A DNA stretch of 63,880 nucleotides, filler included, from Choristocarpus tenellus KU-1152 (lineage: Eukaryota > Protista > Phaeophyceae), in NCBI GenBank assembly GCA_964200185.2. It is 11 parts of 11 records of this genome, joined end to end, with 100 filler letters (N's around TTAATTAATTAA, not from the genome) between each part and the next. Parts side by side here need not be neighbours in the genome. Positions count along the whole stretch, not along the records: positions 34,300 to 42,175 come from CAXNAD020005457.1; positions 42,276 to 58,221 come from CAXNAD020000900.1; 9 more parts are not named here. The stretch is one strand, 5' to 3'. The notes under the pieces are model-generated. The model made no database searches. It saw only the letters and a list, made by a program, of their open reading frames with translations, and was not told the DNA's origin. Shown in pieces: positions 38,736-51,112 of the stretch. Made by a program: the position numbers and the translations under genes. Every line of letters begins with the position of its first letter. The stretch's first letter is position 1.

Positions 38736-38905
38736 GGGGGGGGGGGGGGGGGGGGGGGTCTACACCAGGGTGTCCATTCGTGCCCTGACTAGGACAGGTG
38801 TACTGACATTATCCATCCGACACATGCAACCAAATCACCCAAAAATCACAATATGGAAAATTGCCCCGAATGGACAGCTGCCACCCACCCCAGATACTTT
38901 GGGCC
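38736..38905 (+). mobile_element. MITE-like family B copy (a second partial copy lies at 38616-38660)
   Basis: poly-G TACACCAGGGTGTCCATT...CCCAGATACTTTGGGCC. Confidence 0.8.
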
Positions 38906-39149
38906 TTTCAGCAGGTCCGACTTTGGCTGGTAAATAACCAGCCAGCAGCCGTGTGGTGGGCAGAGCGACTTGGATGGTGGAGTGATCCCTGCAGGCAACT
39001 CTATCAACATTCATCTCAAAACGACATTCAAGGTCTTACTTCCGTTCAAGTATTGCCTTTGCTAGGTCCTCCACATTATTAGAGGAGGGTTGTTGAAGAC
39101 GATCTTCACCAACCCCACTTAGGTCCATACCATGGACCGATTTCTCTTC

Positions 39150-39500
39150 TTGATGGGAAGGGATGATAACTCGGGTAGAAACCAAGGGTTCAATTCATTG
39201 TGTTAAAGTATCCCCCGACTCGTCGTGTATGGATAGAAGAGATAACACAGGAATGCTGTCAAATGTTATAGAGTGATTAATCCCAAGCAGAGGGGCGACC
39301 ATACAACCTCAAAGCACCATACTTAATACGATCAATGCCTGTCCATCCATTCATATGTTCTAACAAATCTGAGTTTACCAACTAGTAACTCTTGTATCCT
39401 GACTCTACATGCATACCGCTAATGATTTACAATACAGTTGGAGGAGTCTACTTGAACGTCATGATTACAAATGGTGATGAGGTGTGGAAAGCAGGGTTAT
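39150..39500 (-). pseudogene. Second LINE AP-endonuclease relic, paralogous to 36740-37000
   Basis: Shared GTTAAAGTATCCCCCGA...GTGTATGGATAG...AAGCAG.GGGGCGAC nucleotide similarity. Confidence 0.5.
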
Positions 39501-39832
39501 TACACCATTATTGGTGTATTCATTACACCTTCATACTATTAGAAATACCTTGTTACAAATCCTGAATTCAAGTGAAGGATCTTTCTTTTTAGGTATGATT
39601 CGTCTTGGTCGGTCTGACACGACTTGTTCAAAAGTTCTTTTCACCTCCCTTACTTGTGAGGATCATCGTGTTATAGAAAGAATCATACCACACATAATTC
39701 CTTACTTTTGAGTTGGGTATGCTGACAGGCCTCCCAAACTTTACGGACTCCTGACAGGAGTACATCCTTTCTCCACAAAGTGATTGAAACAGGCAAGGAA
39801 TAGAGACACAGAGGAAAAAGTAAGTGCATATC

Positions 39833-41713
39833 ATGGCACACAAGCACAGCCGTCGTAAGACCCATAAGAGGCATAAACACCGACGAGAAGAAAGCAGCGG
39901 CGAATCATCCGAGAAGCAGAGCGATTCGAGCAGGTGTGGGTTTGTCCTCTTTTTTCCCTCTCTCGATCTCTTTCAGCATCCTGGACTCTCTTCGAGATCA
40001 GTCTGTGCGATCTTTCTTCAATCTATGCTTTTGTCTGTCAACTGGTGCAAGCTTTCTTGCCAAGTGACCCTACCCCAAGCAGTTGAGAAAGGGAAGATGT
40101 GGCAGTACGAAGCTGGTTGGGGTTAGAGGATTCTAAATTCCCTAACCTGTCTGAGGCGACCACGAGCGACTCTCCAACAATATATCGATTGATAGCTAGA
40201 AATATGAAAAAATCACAAAACCGCTGTGCAGGATGTACGCAAGTGCATGGTTAGTGAGGTGTTGATGGACCGAAAGCTGTGCCTCGTCGTGCCATATAGA
40301 TGTAGTTTTCGTCTTTAAAGGCTAGCATCGATAAGAAGGGGATCTACAAGACTGATTGCTCACGCTGACACACACAAGTCTAAAGCACTAGCCCACACAA
40401 TTTTGTTCACTTCTTCCCCCCATACTCTCATTCGTGTCAATCTAGCGATGAAAACAGCTCAGGATCCGAGAGTAGCTCTTATTCGAGCTCGAGTTCAGAG
40501 CACAGGGGCAAGGATAATGAGGAGTCCGAACGGGTCAGAAACAGGTATGCTATCAGCAGGGAATGATTGAATGAGACGGGAGGGCTTAATTTTTTTTTAT
40601 GATTGCCTCATAGTTGCCGATATCCCCAAAGCATACCCACAAGAGGTGGACGTTGGATTTCTGGAGTGGTGGGAAGGCCCTTTATAGTATGTGTTGAAGA
40701 TTTGGAGTGTACAATGAGGTTGGAGCATGGGCTATTAAAGGGGTGATATGTTTTGTTATCCATGAATACCAATGCCTGTCTTAGTACTTGGTTGTTTTGG
40801 GGGTGTGGCTCAACTGTAGTTTGGGAATTGGACTGACATCTATGAGATCGACTTGCAATTTGAATCATCAAGGGTAAGTTGATATATGGTTCAGCAGGAG
40901 TACCTGAGCATCTTTTTGTTGAACACTGCACATCCTTGAGTATTTTCAGTGTTCCCTACCTGTCCTCTTTCTTACTGAGCTCACAAGGCTAATGCCTTAC
41001 CTACAACCAACAAGCAAGCGCCAATCTTGAGGTTCTCACTTTCCCTAACCCTCACTCCCTCATTCCAAATTCCTCTCTCCCGCATTTTGCTAATTGCTGT
41101 AACAATGCTCCAATGCATACAATACTCATATTGACAACAAAGAGAGGCCATATTGAAAAGGTCCAGAATGTGGCAGACAGTTGGCTCTGATGAGGATGGC
41201 GACAATGGCGGACACGGTACTGATCGTGATGCAGATTATGTCACCCATGTAGGTGAGGAAACAAGACAAAATGATGGAGACAGTTCGAGAAGGACAGCAG
41301 GCAGACACCGCCGCTCCACCTCACCCAATAAGGCACGAAGAGCCGGTGCAGCAGGAAAAGATGGCAAGAATGATGCTGACAAGAGCGACCACCGTTTTCG
41401 CAATGGAAAGGTCAAGCGTGGGCGAACGGATAGTGACGAGGAGGGCAGGGGGCCGGGTGATGGAAGTGGCTCTTCAAGGAGAGGGCGTAGGGAGACGAGG
41501 GGTGGTGGCAATGGTGATGGTGGTGACAGTTCCAGTGCAGACAGTCGCAGTGGAAGTGATGACGGTGATGGGAAGAGTACTAGGAGCAGGGGAGGCAGTA
41601 GGGAGGTGAAGAGGTCCATGTCCTCTTCTGGAGGGTACAAGAAGAGTCGTGAGAAAGAGAAGAAGGCATCGGGATCAGGCAGCAAGGAAAAAGAGCAAAA
41701 GCGTAACCGCAAG
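39833..41713 (+). CDS. 5' exons of an Arg/Ser/Lys/acidic low-complexity protein (exons 39833-39933, 40446-40544, 41143-41713); 3' part missing at the gap
   Basis: MAHKHSRRKTHKRHKHRREESS... GT/AG boundaries keep the frame through DENSSGSESSS... and ...KEKEQKRNRK|GTAAAA; the exon 3 acceptor has in-frame alternatives. Confidence 0.7.
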
Positions 41714-42912
41714 GTAAAAATATGGCTGTGGCTGTGAGTGAGGCTCTGGGCCTTGGGCAGAGTAGGAGGTGGGTAAGGGATTTCCTTTCGTTTTTTTCCA
41801 GAAGAGGTACCATCTGTGTGTGTGTGTGTGTGTGTGTGTGTTTTATTGTTTTGTCTTGAACAGTGTATTACCCTAACCCTAACCCTGTGTATTTTGACAG
41901 TGATTTGAGGAAACCCCTAGGTGTACTGTACAGTGCTGCGAATTTAGTAGATTCACAGGGTCTCGCAAGTGGGAATGGATGAAAATATGGATCATTGTCA
42001 ATATACTCAAGTCAGTGAGGGGTCTTCCCTTCCCCTACCTATCTTGCTATGATGTATTTTCATGTCTGTACACCATGACTACCATAGCATACACAGCTCT
42101 TCAGTACAACTCTACCCCCCCCCCCCCCCCCCTCCCTCCTCCCCCCTCCCCCCCCCCCCCCCCCCCCCCCCCCCCNNNNNNNNNNNNNNNNNNNNNNNNN
42201 NNNNNNNNNNNNNNNNNNNTTAATTAATTAANNNNNNNNNNNNNNNNNNNNNNNNNNNNNNNNNNNNNNNNNNNNCCAGAGCAAAGATACAATTAACATC
42301 CATGTGCGGCATAGAATATGCACGCACCAGAAAACTACACCCACAATTCTGAAACCATTCCTCATGCACCATGTTTTGGCACCCTGTTCGCCAGAGAAAT
42401 GTACGCCACAAATCAATCCACTTCCCATCACATGCCGCAGTGCAGCTCCCCTCCTCATGTATGATATCCTGACCCATATCAGGCCAACTCACCCCTGGGG
42501 AGGGGGATACTGCACTCCTCAATGTTGCAGTCTTCATGTGGTGCAACTACTGTCCTGTACAAGTTCCAAAAATAACAAGACTATTTACAGAGACCTGCAC
42601 ACAGCCGGCCCGAGGGGGGCAAGGGCGCCTCACACTGCAATCATAAATCAAATAAACCACAGCAGAGAATTGTACGTGTGCAGTCAGCATTTATGTACAA
42701 AAAATCTGTTCCACACACCCCTGACCTCCTAACCCATACCCCAAACAGATCACTCCACACCCAGATGAGATGTGTGCGACTTGAGGCATTGGATGTGAAG
42801 AGGCAAAAAGACCACTATGTCCTGATAGGCCTTGAGACTGATCAGCACATTTGTCCTTCCTACTCACAGCAAGTCCTTTCCCAGTGGCTGAAGACCTGTA
42901 CTATTTTTCTAC

Positions 42913-44049
42913 TCATCTCCTGCCACGGGTGCGCGCCACTTCTTCACTGCCCTCAATAGCAAAATCGAACCCACGCTTTCTTTCCATGTAGGTATTGCCA
43001 TTGCGATTGCTCAGGATCCTGACCTTGTCTGTTGGGTATTGGTTGGCTGCTTGGTCATCCTTGGTGAAATTGAGCTTGGCTCCTTCAGCAAAGTGTTGGA
43101 GTGCCGCTACATCATATGCTTTTGCCGCATCAAACTCACTGTCAAATACACCAAGGTATTTCTGCTTGCGTCCAATGTATATAACAGCCCTCCACTTGCC
43201 AGCACGTGTTATACACACCCCCTTGTATCGAGACTGACCACGTGGGCCCCGGCGTCCTGACGCCTGGATACGGATTGGACCAGAGGGTGGGGAACTTGGG
43301 TGCACGACTGCTGGAGGCGTTGGAGATGGCGTTCGAGGGGGAACAGGCACACTATTTCGTCCTGCAACTGTCCTAACAGTGGCATCATCGTAGTTTCGTT
43401 CTCCCCCGTAGGATCGGGATGGCTTAGGGCGTTTGAGGGGCTGGTCAGACCGTGCCTCCCCATAAGCTGGAGTTGAGATTCCGCACTCTGACTTTGAGTG
43501 CGAACAGTTGTATCCGGCTGCAGCTTCAGCGAGTGCCGTGTTGTGCGCCTTGAGTTCTCGGTCGGCCAAGCCAAGGAGTTTCTCCCAGTCGGACTGCATT
43601 CCATTTGATTGGGGTGGCTCACTCACCATACATGCCTCCAGGTGACTATCTTCCTCATTTTCGTCCTCATCCGACTCAGATGCACTTTCTAGGGGTTCCC
43701 TGCTGTCCCACTCATAGTGGACGAGATTCCGCTCCTTGCCCGGTCCAGATGTGTGCATGTCCCTAGGGAATCGACAGCATTGATAGCAGTCACAATATTG
43801 GCGAGTCTTTTGTACACATGCCCCCCCCTCAGACGAATCGAACTCATCGCAGTCCCCATCGCCATATTCGTGGATTGCTTCTCTCGAGGGAAAAGCAATA
43901 GCAGTACAATCCGGCAGGAAATCAAGGCTCCCCTGAGTACATTGTCCACATGGGCACGACTCGGCCAGTTGCCCGCAAGAGGCGCGTTGTGTAGACTTTT
44001 GAACACACTCGAAGTCTCGGTCCTCGACAGGAACCGAAGCGCTTTTCAT
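42913..44049 (-). CDS. AP2/ERF DNA-binding domain protein (large exon; flanking exons likely)
   Basis: SRYKGVCITRAGKWRAVIYIGRKQKYLGVFDSEFDAAKAYDVAALQHFAEGAKLNF is a canonical AP2 domain; candidate acceptor near 44069 and donor near 43023. Confidence 0.9.
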   Translation of the reverse strand: MKSASVPVEDRDFECVQKSTQRASCGQLAESCPCGQCTQGSLDFLPDCTAIAFPSREAIHEYGDGDCDEFDSSEGGACVQKTRQYCDCYQCCRFPRDMHTSGPGKERNLVHYEWDSREPLESASESDEDENEEDSHLEACMVSEPPQSNGMQSDWEKLLGLADRELKAHNTALAEAAAGYNCSHSKSECGISTPAYGEARSDQPLKRPKPSRSYGGERNYDDATVRTVAGRNSVPVPPRTPSPTPPAVVHPSSPPSGPIRIQASGRRGPRGQSRYKGVCITRAGKWRAVIYIGRKQKYLGVFDSEFDAAKAYDVAALQHFAEGAKLNFTKDDQAANQYPTDKVRILSNRNGNTYMERKRGFDFAIEGSEEVARTRGRR

Positions 44050-46249
44050 CCGAAACGTACCCTGACACCTGCAGATTTGTACGACATGATCATATCCGTG
44101 TGGGAGTGAATAGAGTCACAGAAAGGCGACGGAGAAAGGAACTATGGCTTTAAAGTGGTGGAACATGAGAAACATGACAAAACATGTCAAATTCCGAAAC
44201 TATCTTGACCAGGTAGAAATAAAGCAACCACAAGTGAACTATCAGAAAAATTAATCATCTCTTGACCTTAGCGTGGTCACGACGCACCCTGATCATGGGG
44301 CCATCTTTAATATCCAGAGCTGCATCCTGTACTTCGTTCCGCTCTACATCACCATGGGCTGTCTGACAAGGTTTATCTCCAATAGTACACACAAAATTTA
44401 AAAACAACCCCGCAGGACACGATTCACAAACAGAATGCCCCATAGACCTACAGACCACTGCCTCCATTAACAATATCACTCCAGGGAAGACTTTAGAGCT
44501 GAAACAACCCGAGTGAGATGTGCCGGTTTACCCGCCAGTACACTTTCTATACAAAAATAACACGGATCAAGCCACTCACGTTGTTCCCTGGTGGCCCGAG
44601 GCAGTCATGGAGTAGCGCTGTCTGTTTTCCAATGGATTGTGAGAGCTCTGTGAGGTTGAACGGAGATGGTGTATACCAAGGCCTGTCATCAGTGTCTTGT
44701 TCCAGTTCTGAATGACAAAGAGGTTTCAAAGCATCATACCCACCCCTTTCCCCAGTGGTTGGAATGTTCCTCAAAAAAAAAAATGTGCACTTGCACATCC
44801 ACCTGAATGAATCATTACTCATTTTAACAATCACCTCTTAGGGTTAGAGCATGGTGCTATTTCGAATGGCTGCAACATTTCAGAACTCAATGTTGAGTCT
44901 GAAACCGCGAGCAACCAACTCGCTCCCCACCAATCTCTATTACACACTTACTATTAATACTATTATTGTACATCTCTCTTCTTCTCCATACTATAGAACT
45001 TTAATAGTGGTGTACCTATACATGCCCCGTAATACTAAATCTTCCAAGATTGATCAGAGCCAGTCATTTTTTCTCCCGAATTATTACTGGTTGTGACTGT
45101 CATGTATGAGGAAATTCATGACGAACTAATTACACCGTATCTAATTGCTTGCCGTGAAGTTGTTCCTCACCACCAGACATTTGCACGCTTGTTCCCTTTC
45201 ACCAACTTATCGCTATTTAACAACCTACCGAGCAGGTACTTAGCACTCCACATGAACTGTATTAGAGTCATATGTGATATCCTGTTGAGGTATCAGAGAC
45301 AAGTATTCGTAACTAATTACGACCATACTTCATACTGTGCAAGTGATACACTACAAACGTACGCTCTTCCATGCTTACTTCCTACGTTGCACGAGAGTGG
45401 GGTACGAAGCTAGGGTGAGGGTTAGTGGTGCAGCACCTTTTTCACTTGTGGAGGTAGGTATTATTGCATCATGCATTCATTTACACTATGGCAATCGATA
45501 ATAATAGTAGTAAATAACACATTCTGACTGATGATCTTTTGCTTATACGAATAGAGATGTAATACAGGGAAAAATAAGCAACATACATATATTACATACA
45601 ACTTGTTTGTGTAAATGGTAAACGCACGTGTGATGTAGGGGAATAGACGTCCAGCCAGAGGCGGGTCGAACCACACAGGACCACCCAGGACCACCAACCA
45701 CCAGTAAGTAATGACACGGGGAATCGAACCACGCAGGACCACGCAGGACCATCAACCACCAAGTAATAAAGGGTGTACATGTTCTTCCTTCTCCACAATG
45801 TCGCTTGACAGTAACAAAATTCATCCATGGTTCTCACTTTTTCGTTTTGGTTTGAAATCATTCCCTACTAAGTACTTACTATCACTATTAAACCTCTATA
45901 ATCAATCATCATTTTGGTCAGTGGTCCCATTACTATTGTATGTACCATTCGCCGTTGCCAACACCAACCAATAAAATTTCGCCACGGACTCCTCCTCACC
46001 AAATACAATACATTTCTAGTAAGTTCAAAATTTTTAACAAATCGAAGTACCCATTTTTTATGAAAGGGGAAAAAATTCCATCATACACTACTATTTTTAT
46101 TATTATGCTTTCTGACATTTTACATGTGTCAGTGGGGAAAACAATGAAAACTATACACATTGTCAGTGTAAGTCCTAAAGAAATAAAATGCCATAAATGC
46201 TAAAGATACTAATCCATTTGTTTCTTCACCACTATGTTGTACTACTACC

Positions 46250-46660
46250 TTCCTATGTCTCCAATCTACCTATTCCTGTGGCTAAGGGTGAGGAGCTAGG
46301 GAGACATCCCAAGAATCCAATAAACCCCTCCGTGCCTATCTCCTGGTGATTCCGCTTAAAACGTATGACACGTCCAGAGAGTGCCACTTGCGTAGTTACC
46401 GGAACAATTTGGCGTAGCCGGGATTTAACTACTCCTTTCCTGCTATATCCTCCTTATCCTCTCCCCCTACCATGTGAGTAGCCAACCCATCCAGGAAGCA
46501 TTCCACTTGCTTGCCGAGCCACCCCAAAATTTCCACCGCGAAGGTGTTGAGATTATAACTACGAGGATCAAAAGAGCCCTCGTAGTGGGTGCGCTTTCGC
46601 GCCTCAGCTACAGCAACAGCTACACCATTGCTGGTGGATGAGTGGGTGAGGTGGGAGGTT
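46250..46660 (-). pseudogene. C-terminal restriction-like endonuclease (RLE) region of a CRE-like non-LTR retrotransposon
   Basis: AVAVAEARKRTHYEGSFDPRSYNLNTFAVEILGWLGKQVE fits the AE..K...Y ... F..E..G..G RLE pattern; second copy at 58150-58221. Confidence 0.65.
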
Positions 46661-47899
46661 ACCTGTACTTCTCCGAATGTGTTATCTACACATACATTAA
46701 GGATCCTACCAAGTCACAGTGGTTATCTATGTGTGACATTCTCATTGGTCGGCGATAGGGACCTTGTACAGCGAGAGGGACATTGTAAAATATCTAATGA
46801 GAAGTTCAGTTCTACTTTAAACCTTCCCATGTATATTTTATTATTATGCCCTCTAACATTTTGATATTCATTGTCTTACACTCTACAATCCCTGGAACCT
46901 TTTCCTGTTTTTTAAAATATCTCAAGTATTTTATACATACAATAGAGCGCATAATAAATAATAATGATTGATACCTCTATAATTTATCGCATGATCGATA
47001 TCAATTCATCAACAGATCCCACTTACCTTAACGTATAGAAATCTACTATTGAATCATGTTAATTAGTGGTGGAAAAATAGAACAGAAATTATTGGAAGGA
47101 AAGCAAGGAGAGACAGAGAAAGTTCAACATATTCATATTGTTACATCACCACAAACATTATAGAGTTTGTCATGAACGAAAAAGAAACACGGTGTGGAGA
47201 AACCAACAAAGACTACATACAAGAGGAAGAGAGTCTTTAATAAACAGAAAATCACCAGGTATAGAATACATCGATATAGAGATCCATCAGATGATGTGGA
47301 AATATTGGTCGCAAGTTGTAGAAGGAGTGTATTACAAAGCAAGATAAAATACTTCAAAAAGTATGTGGGAAGAGGAAAGAAAAAAAGTCCAATTAATTTG
47401 TATCCAAACAGATATCAGGTCTAACATCATCATCAAGAGTAATGAGTCATGGAGGAGGCGCAAACTACTTGGAATATATACCATACAGTATTGTCAAAGA
47501 CAGGTCCATTTTGGGGGACCTCAATCATATACATTCGCACATGCCACCTTTTGCCATTGAGCCCAGTCCAAGTCATGTCGTATGGGTCAGACTCACGACC
47601 AGCTCGCGGTAACCCCGAGATGAACGGTGGATTCAAACCAGCAAAACCCTAGATTGTGTTTTCTGTTGAGACTGGTCACAACCAATCACAGTGGAGATTG
47701 ATCCACTGAGGCTGTCAACATACGACAAGCATGCCAAAGTCGCACCTCTCACTTCCTTTCAGAACATCATGTCTGTATATTACCTATTTAAATAGTAACA
47801 AAGTGAACTGGAGGGATCTTCTCCGCGTTACAACATTATACTTTAGTGCAGAACAACAGTGACGATGATATGTACACTTACTTGATAATATTGTATTCT

Positions 47900-48185
47900 C
47901 CCACAGGACGAATCAGAGAGTGGGGGGTGGTAACCATCGGGTTCCTCATCATCGATAGTAGGCATATTTGTCGGCAACCCGTCAAGCACAACTCTTATTA
48001 TGGTTCAAAACAGAGAGGTCTTCCATTCAGGGTATTTGATTGACAAAGACTTCTTCCTATTTATGAAGAATTACACTTATTATGTCTAGAAAATATCATC
48101 GTCCTTCCAATATTCCTTGGGCAGTTGTTTTTTGGCGAGTGTATGCATCTACACCCTTGCTACGAACGCCTCTTAAAACACACTT
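47900..48185 (+). repeat. Dispersed repeat, diverged copy of 57428-57740
   Basis: Shared AGAGTGGGGGGTGGT.ACCATCGGGTTCCTC and downstream blocks. Confidence 0.7.
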
Positions 48186-48791
48186 CTGAGATGACGACGG
48201 TGATGATTGATTGTAGACTAAATAACAATATAACAAATGCAACAAGATAATATTAATGAAGAAGAGAGAAAAGGACTGCCTGTCTACTTCTTGTTCAATA
48301 ATACTTCATCAAACAAAACATTATGAACACATCGGAAGAAACTTTGAACATACATGACAAAAACCAATCTGCATCAAATCTTGCATGCACCAAAATACAG
48401 AGAAAGACAAACACAAATACACACATACGTTCTTTTCAGGACCGCCAAGAAGTCGGGAAATAATCCACTATCATTAAAAACGTACCTCCATAATTTTAAT
48501 TCATGGTAGAATCTCAACAATTTTCTTCGGCTCTAGTAAGTCAGAGTGATCAAACTCCATTCTTCATCAGTCGGTGACATTGCGACTACTGTCCCTAGGT
48601 TACGGTAGAAAATATGGGAAATGAGTAGTGTTCCCGCTGGTGCATACCCGATCCTCCCACCAAATTTGCTTCGCATCAGGCACCCTTTAGGTGCACCAGT
48701 TGAAAACCCGTTGTTGCCTCTGTTAATATTTTTTTGCCAACTGAGTTGATTATTTCTTGAAGGAGAGGATGAGCAAACATCGTTTATATCT

Positions 48792-48846
48792 AAGCCCCAA
48801 ACAGACGAACAGGGCAAAACTCCTACCCTCTAAGATACTTTCACTG
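48792..48846 (-). mobile_element. MITE-like family A terminal fragment
   Basis: AAGCCCCAAAC...CAGGGCAAAACTCCTACCCTCTAAGATACTTTCACTG. Confidence 0.75.
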
Positions 48847-49413
48847 CCCGGTTAACTACCATTCTGGTGTAAGGCCCTGGTATGGACTGAACGGTTGCAT
48901 AGAAATACCACAATACTAAATTGTACGTACCTAACTAACAAAGGTTGGCACATTTACCTCTGTTTGCAACCTCTTTGGCATTGGCAAATTGAACACTGTC
49001 ATGATAGTTTTCATGCCTTAAAAGAGGATATATTGATCGATTGTCATAGTAAGTAGGCATCAGGTACAAAATATTACTAAGAAATATTTCCTTGCCGGGC
49101 TTCTATTTATTGTCTACACCCACAGGCTGCAAGCATTGCCACATACTTCATTGTATAGGTTAGGACAGCCAACTATTATGATTGATTGAAAGAGAAGACA
49201 GGCAGAAACAAAAGGTGTTAAAAAGTCACTCTCTACCAAATATCTACTACACTTCAAAGCAGATCATTGTACGAATCAGACAACTCGGAAAATGTAACAC
49301 TAGTTACAAAACAATGCACACTTGATCCAGTGTCCTATGGTCATGGAGCTCAAGCATTGACATAATGATGTGGGTTACTATAGCAGAGGAAATTGACTCC
49401 TCTGAGCATTGTT

Positions 49414-49672
49414 AAGTAAAAGTATCTTAGAGGGTACGAGTTTTGCACTGTTTTTCCATTTGGGGCTTGGCTTCCCACGGGTTTTTTTACGACATTTTAC
49501 CTACTCTGAAATGTTTTGGAGTAGGTAAAATGTGTATGTTATGAAAAGGCATGTCCGCAACAAGGGTACTGACACTTCCTAACAAACACGATAGCCAAAA
49601 ATACATCAAATCGGAACATTGGATATTGGCCCCCAAACGGACGTGGCTCTACCCTCTAAGATACTTTGACAC
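49414..49672 (+). mobile_element. MITE-like family A, full copy flanked by TGTT on both sides
   Basis: AAGTAAAAGTATCTTAGAGGGTA ... TACCCTCTAAGATACTTTGACAC. Confidence 0.88.
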
Positions 49673-51112
49673 TGTTTGTCCAGCAGAGTTTGCACTATTA
49701 TAGCTTTAAATAAGGGACTCCTGGCCCTGTTCAGGATAAATCGCAACATAGAGGAAACGCAAACTGGGTGAAGTTTGAACAATCACATTACAGAGCAAGT
49801 GAGCTCTGGGGTGTTGCTCTAGCATTACACATATATCTCATTGTAGTAAACTTTTATTTATCCCTAATTGAACAGCACAATCATGACACAACACCCCCAA
49901 AAAGTCTAATATATATATATATATATTCACAATCTACCCTGAGTTCTGGAGGCACTCAAGATCTCCCCATCCATCTTGCGTCTTGAGGATACACATACAG
50001 CAAAAAAAAGAGAGAACATAATAAACGCCAAAAACAGACTTCATTGCGGCGACTCAGAGCCTTGTATCCACACAATAAAAAAAAAAGCACACGCAGAAAA
50101 AAAAAAAGCACACGGTGTGCAACTATCACCGTTGCATCCACAAAAAACACATCACCGGTGCTCTATACAATGGCAAAGCACCACTACATCGCATTCTCTT
50201 CGTGCTGCAGGCGCACAAAGCGAGCGGGTATCTCCAAGTGCGGCAATTGACCCTCACGTGTGAGGTCGTCTCCAGGGAACTGCATGACACAAATGTCTCC
50301 GCCATACTGCTTCAGTTGGGAAGCGAAAGGGGGACGGCGAGGCCAGTGGTGTCAATCTATATAGCCGGAAATATAATAACGCAATTAATACTAAAAATAT
50401 ATTTATAACAGGGCTAACGAAGTCATTTTTTTCTGATGGTATTTGTCGGGTGCAATGAAAAAAAAGAAGTGGAATTGTATCCTCTCATATATTTCGTAGG
50501 ACAAACGGCCTCAACGCACAGAGCACGACCCATATGAGAATAAACATGCCATCTGAAATATCAGGCCATTGGTGGATCGAAACAAGATAATAACAGAGCA
50601 TGTTCATGTACTTTGGTCAAAAATGAACCACAGCACAAAAGCAACAGTGCAGAGGATTCGCAAGTCACTAAAGCACGACGGGTATAGACCGTACCTTCCC
50701 TTTGATACATGGTTTGCTAATGTTAGCACGATAAAATGTCGTGGTGTTTGGATACAGGGCCATGACCGCAGAGTTGACCGGGAAAAGGTCACCCGAGGCC
50801 TCATTCTCTCGAGGAAAAGTCAGAATGCTGGACCTTTTCAACTTGAAGTGCCTGTTGATTGAGAAAGCAGGTGATTAAGCCTTTTAAAAAAAATTCAGCA
50901 CGCGGTAGAAAACAAGAAGCAAGGAAGGACAGTTCAAGGGCATCAATGGCCTGAAAGGATGACCTGGTAGAGCTCCAAGGACGCCGGATGCTCTTGCGCT
51001 GGGAGTCAAATCCCAAGACATTAGACGTTATAGTTCATTAGACATTATAGTGCAGAATCACCTCAATGATTGTTAAACAATGGCAGTCATGTCTTGTGGC
51101 TTGAAAGGCTAC

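Noticed and set aside
41236-41712. 158-aa minus-strand Leu/Ser/Pro ORF
   Set aside because: Antisense of the spliced RS/acidic-rich exon
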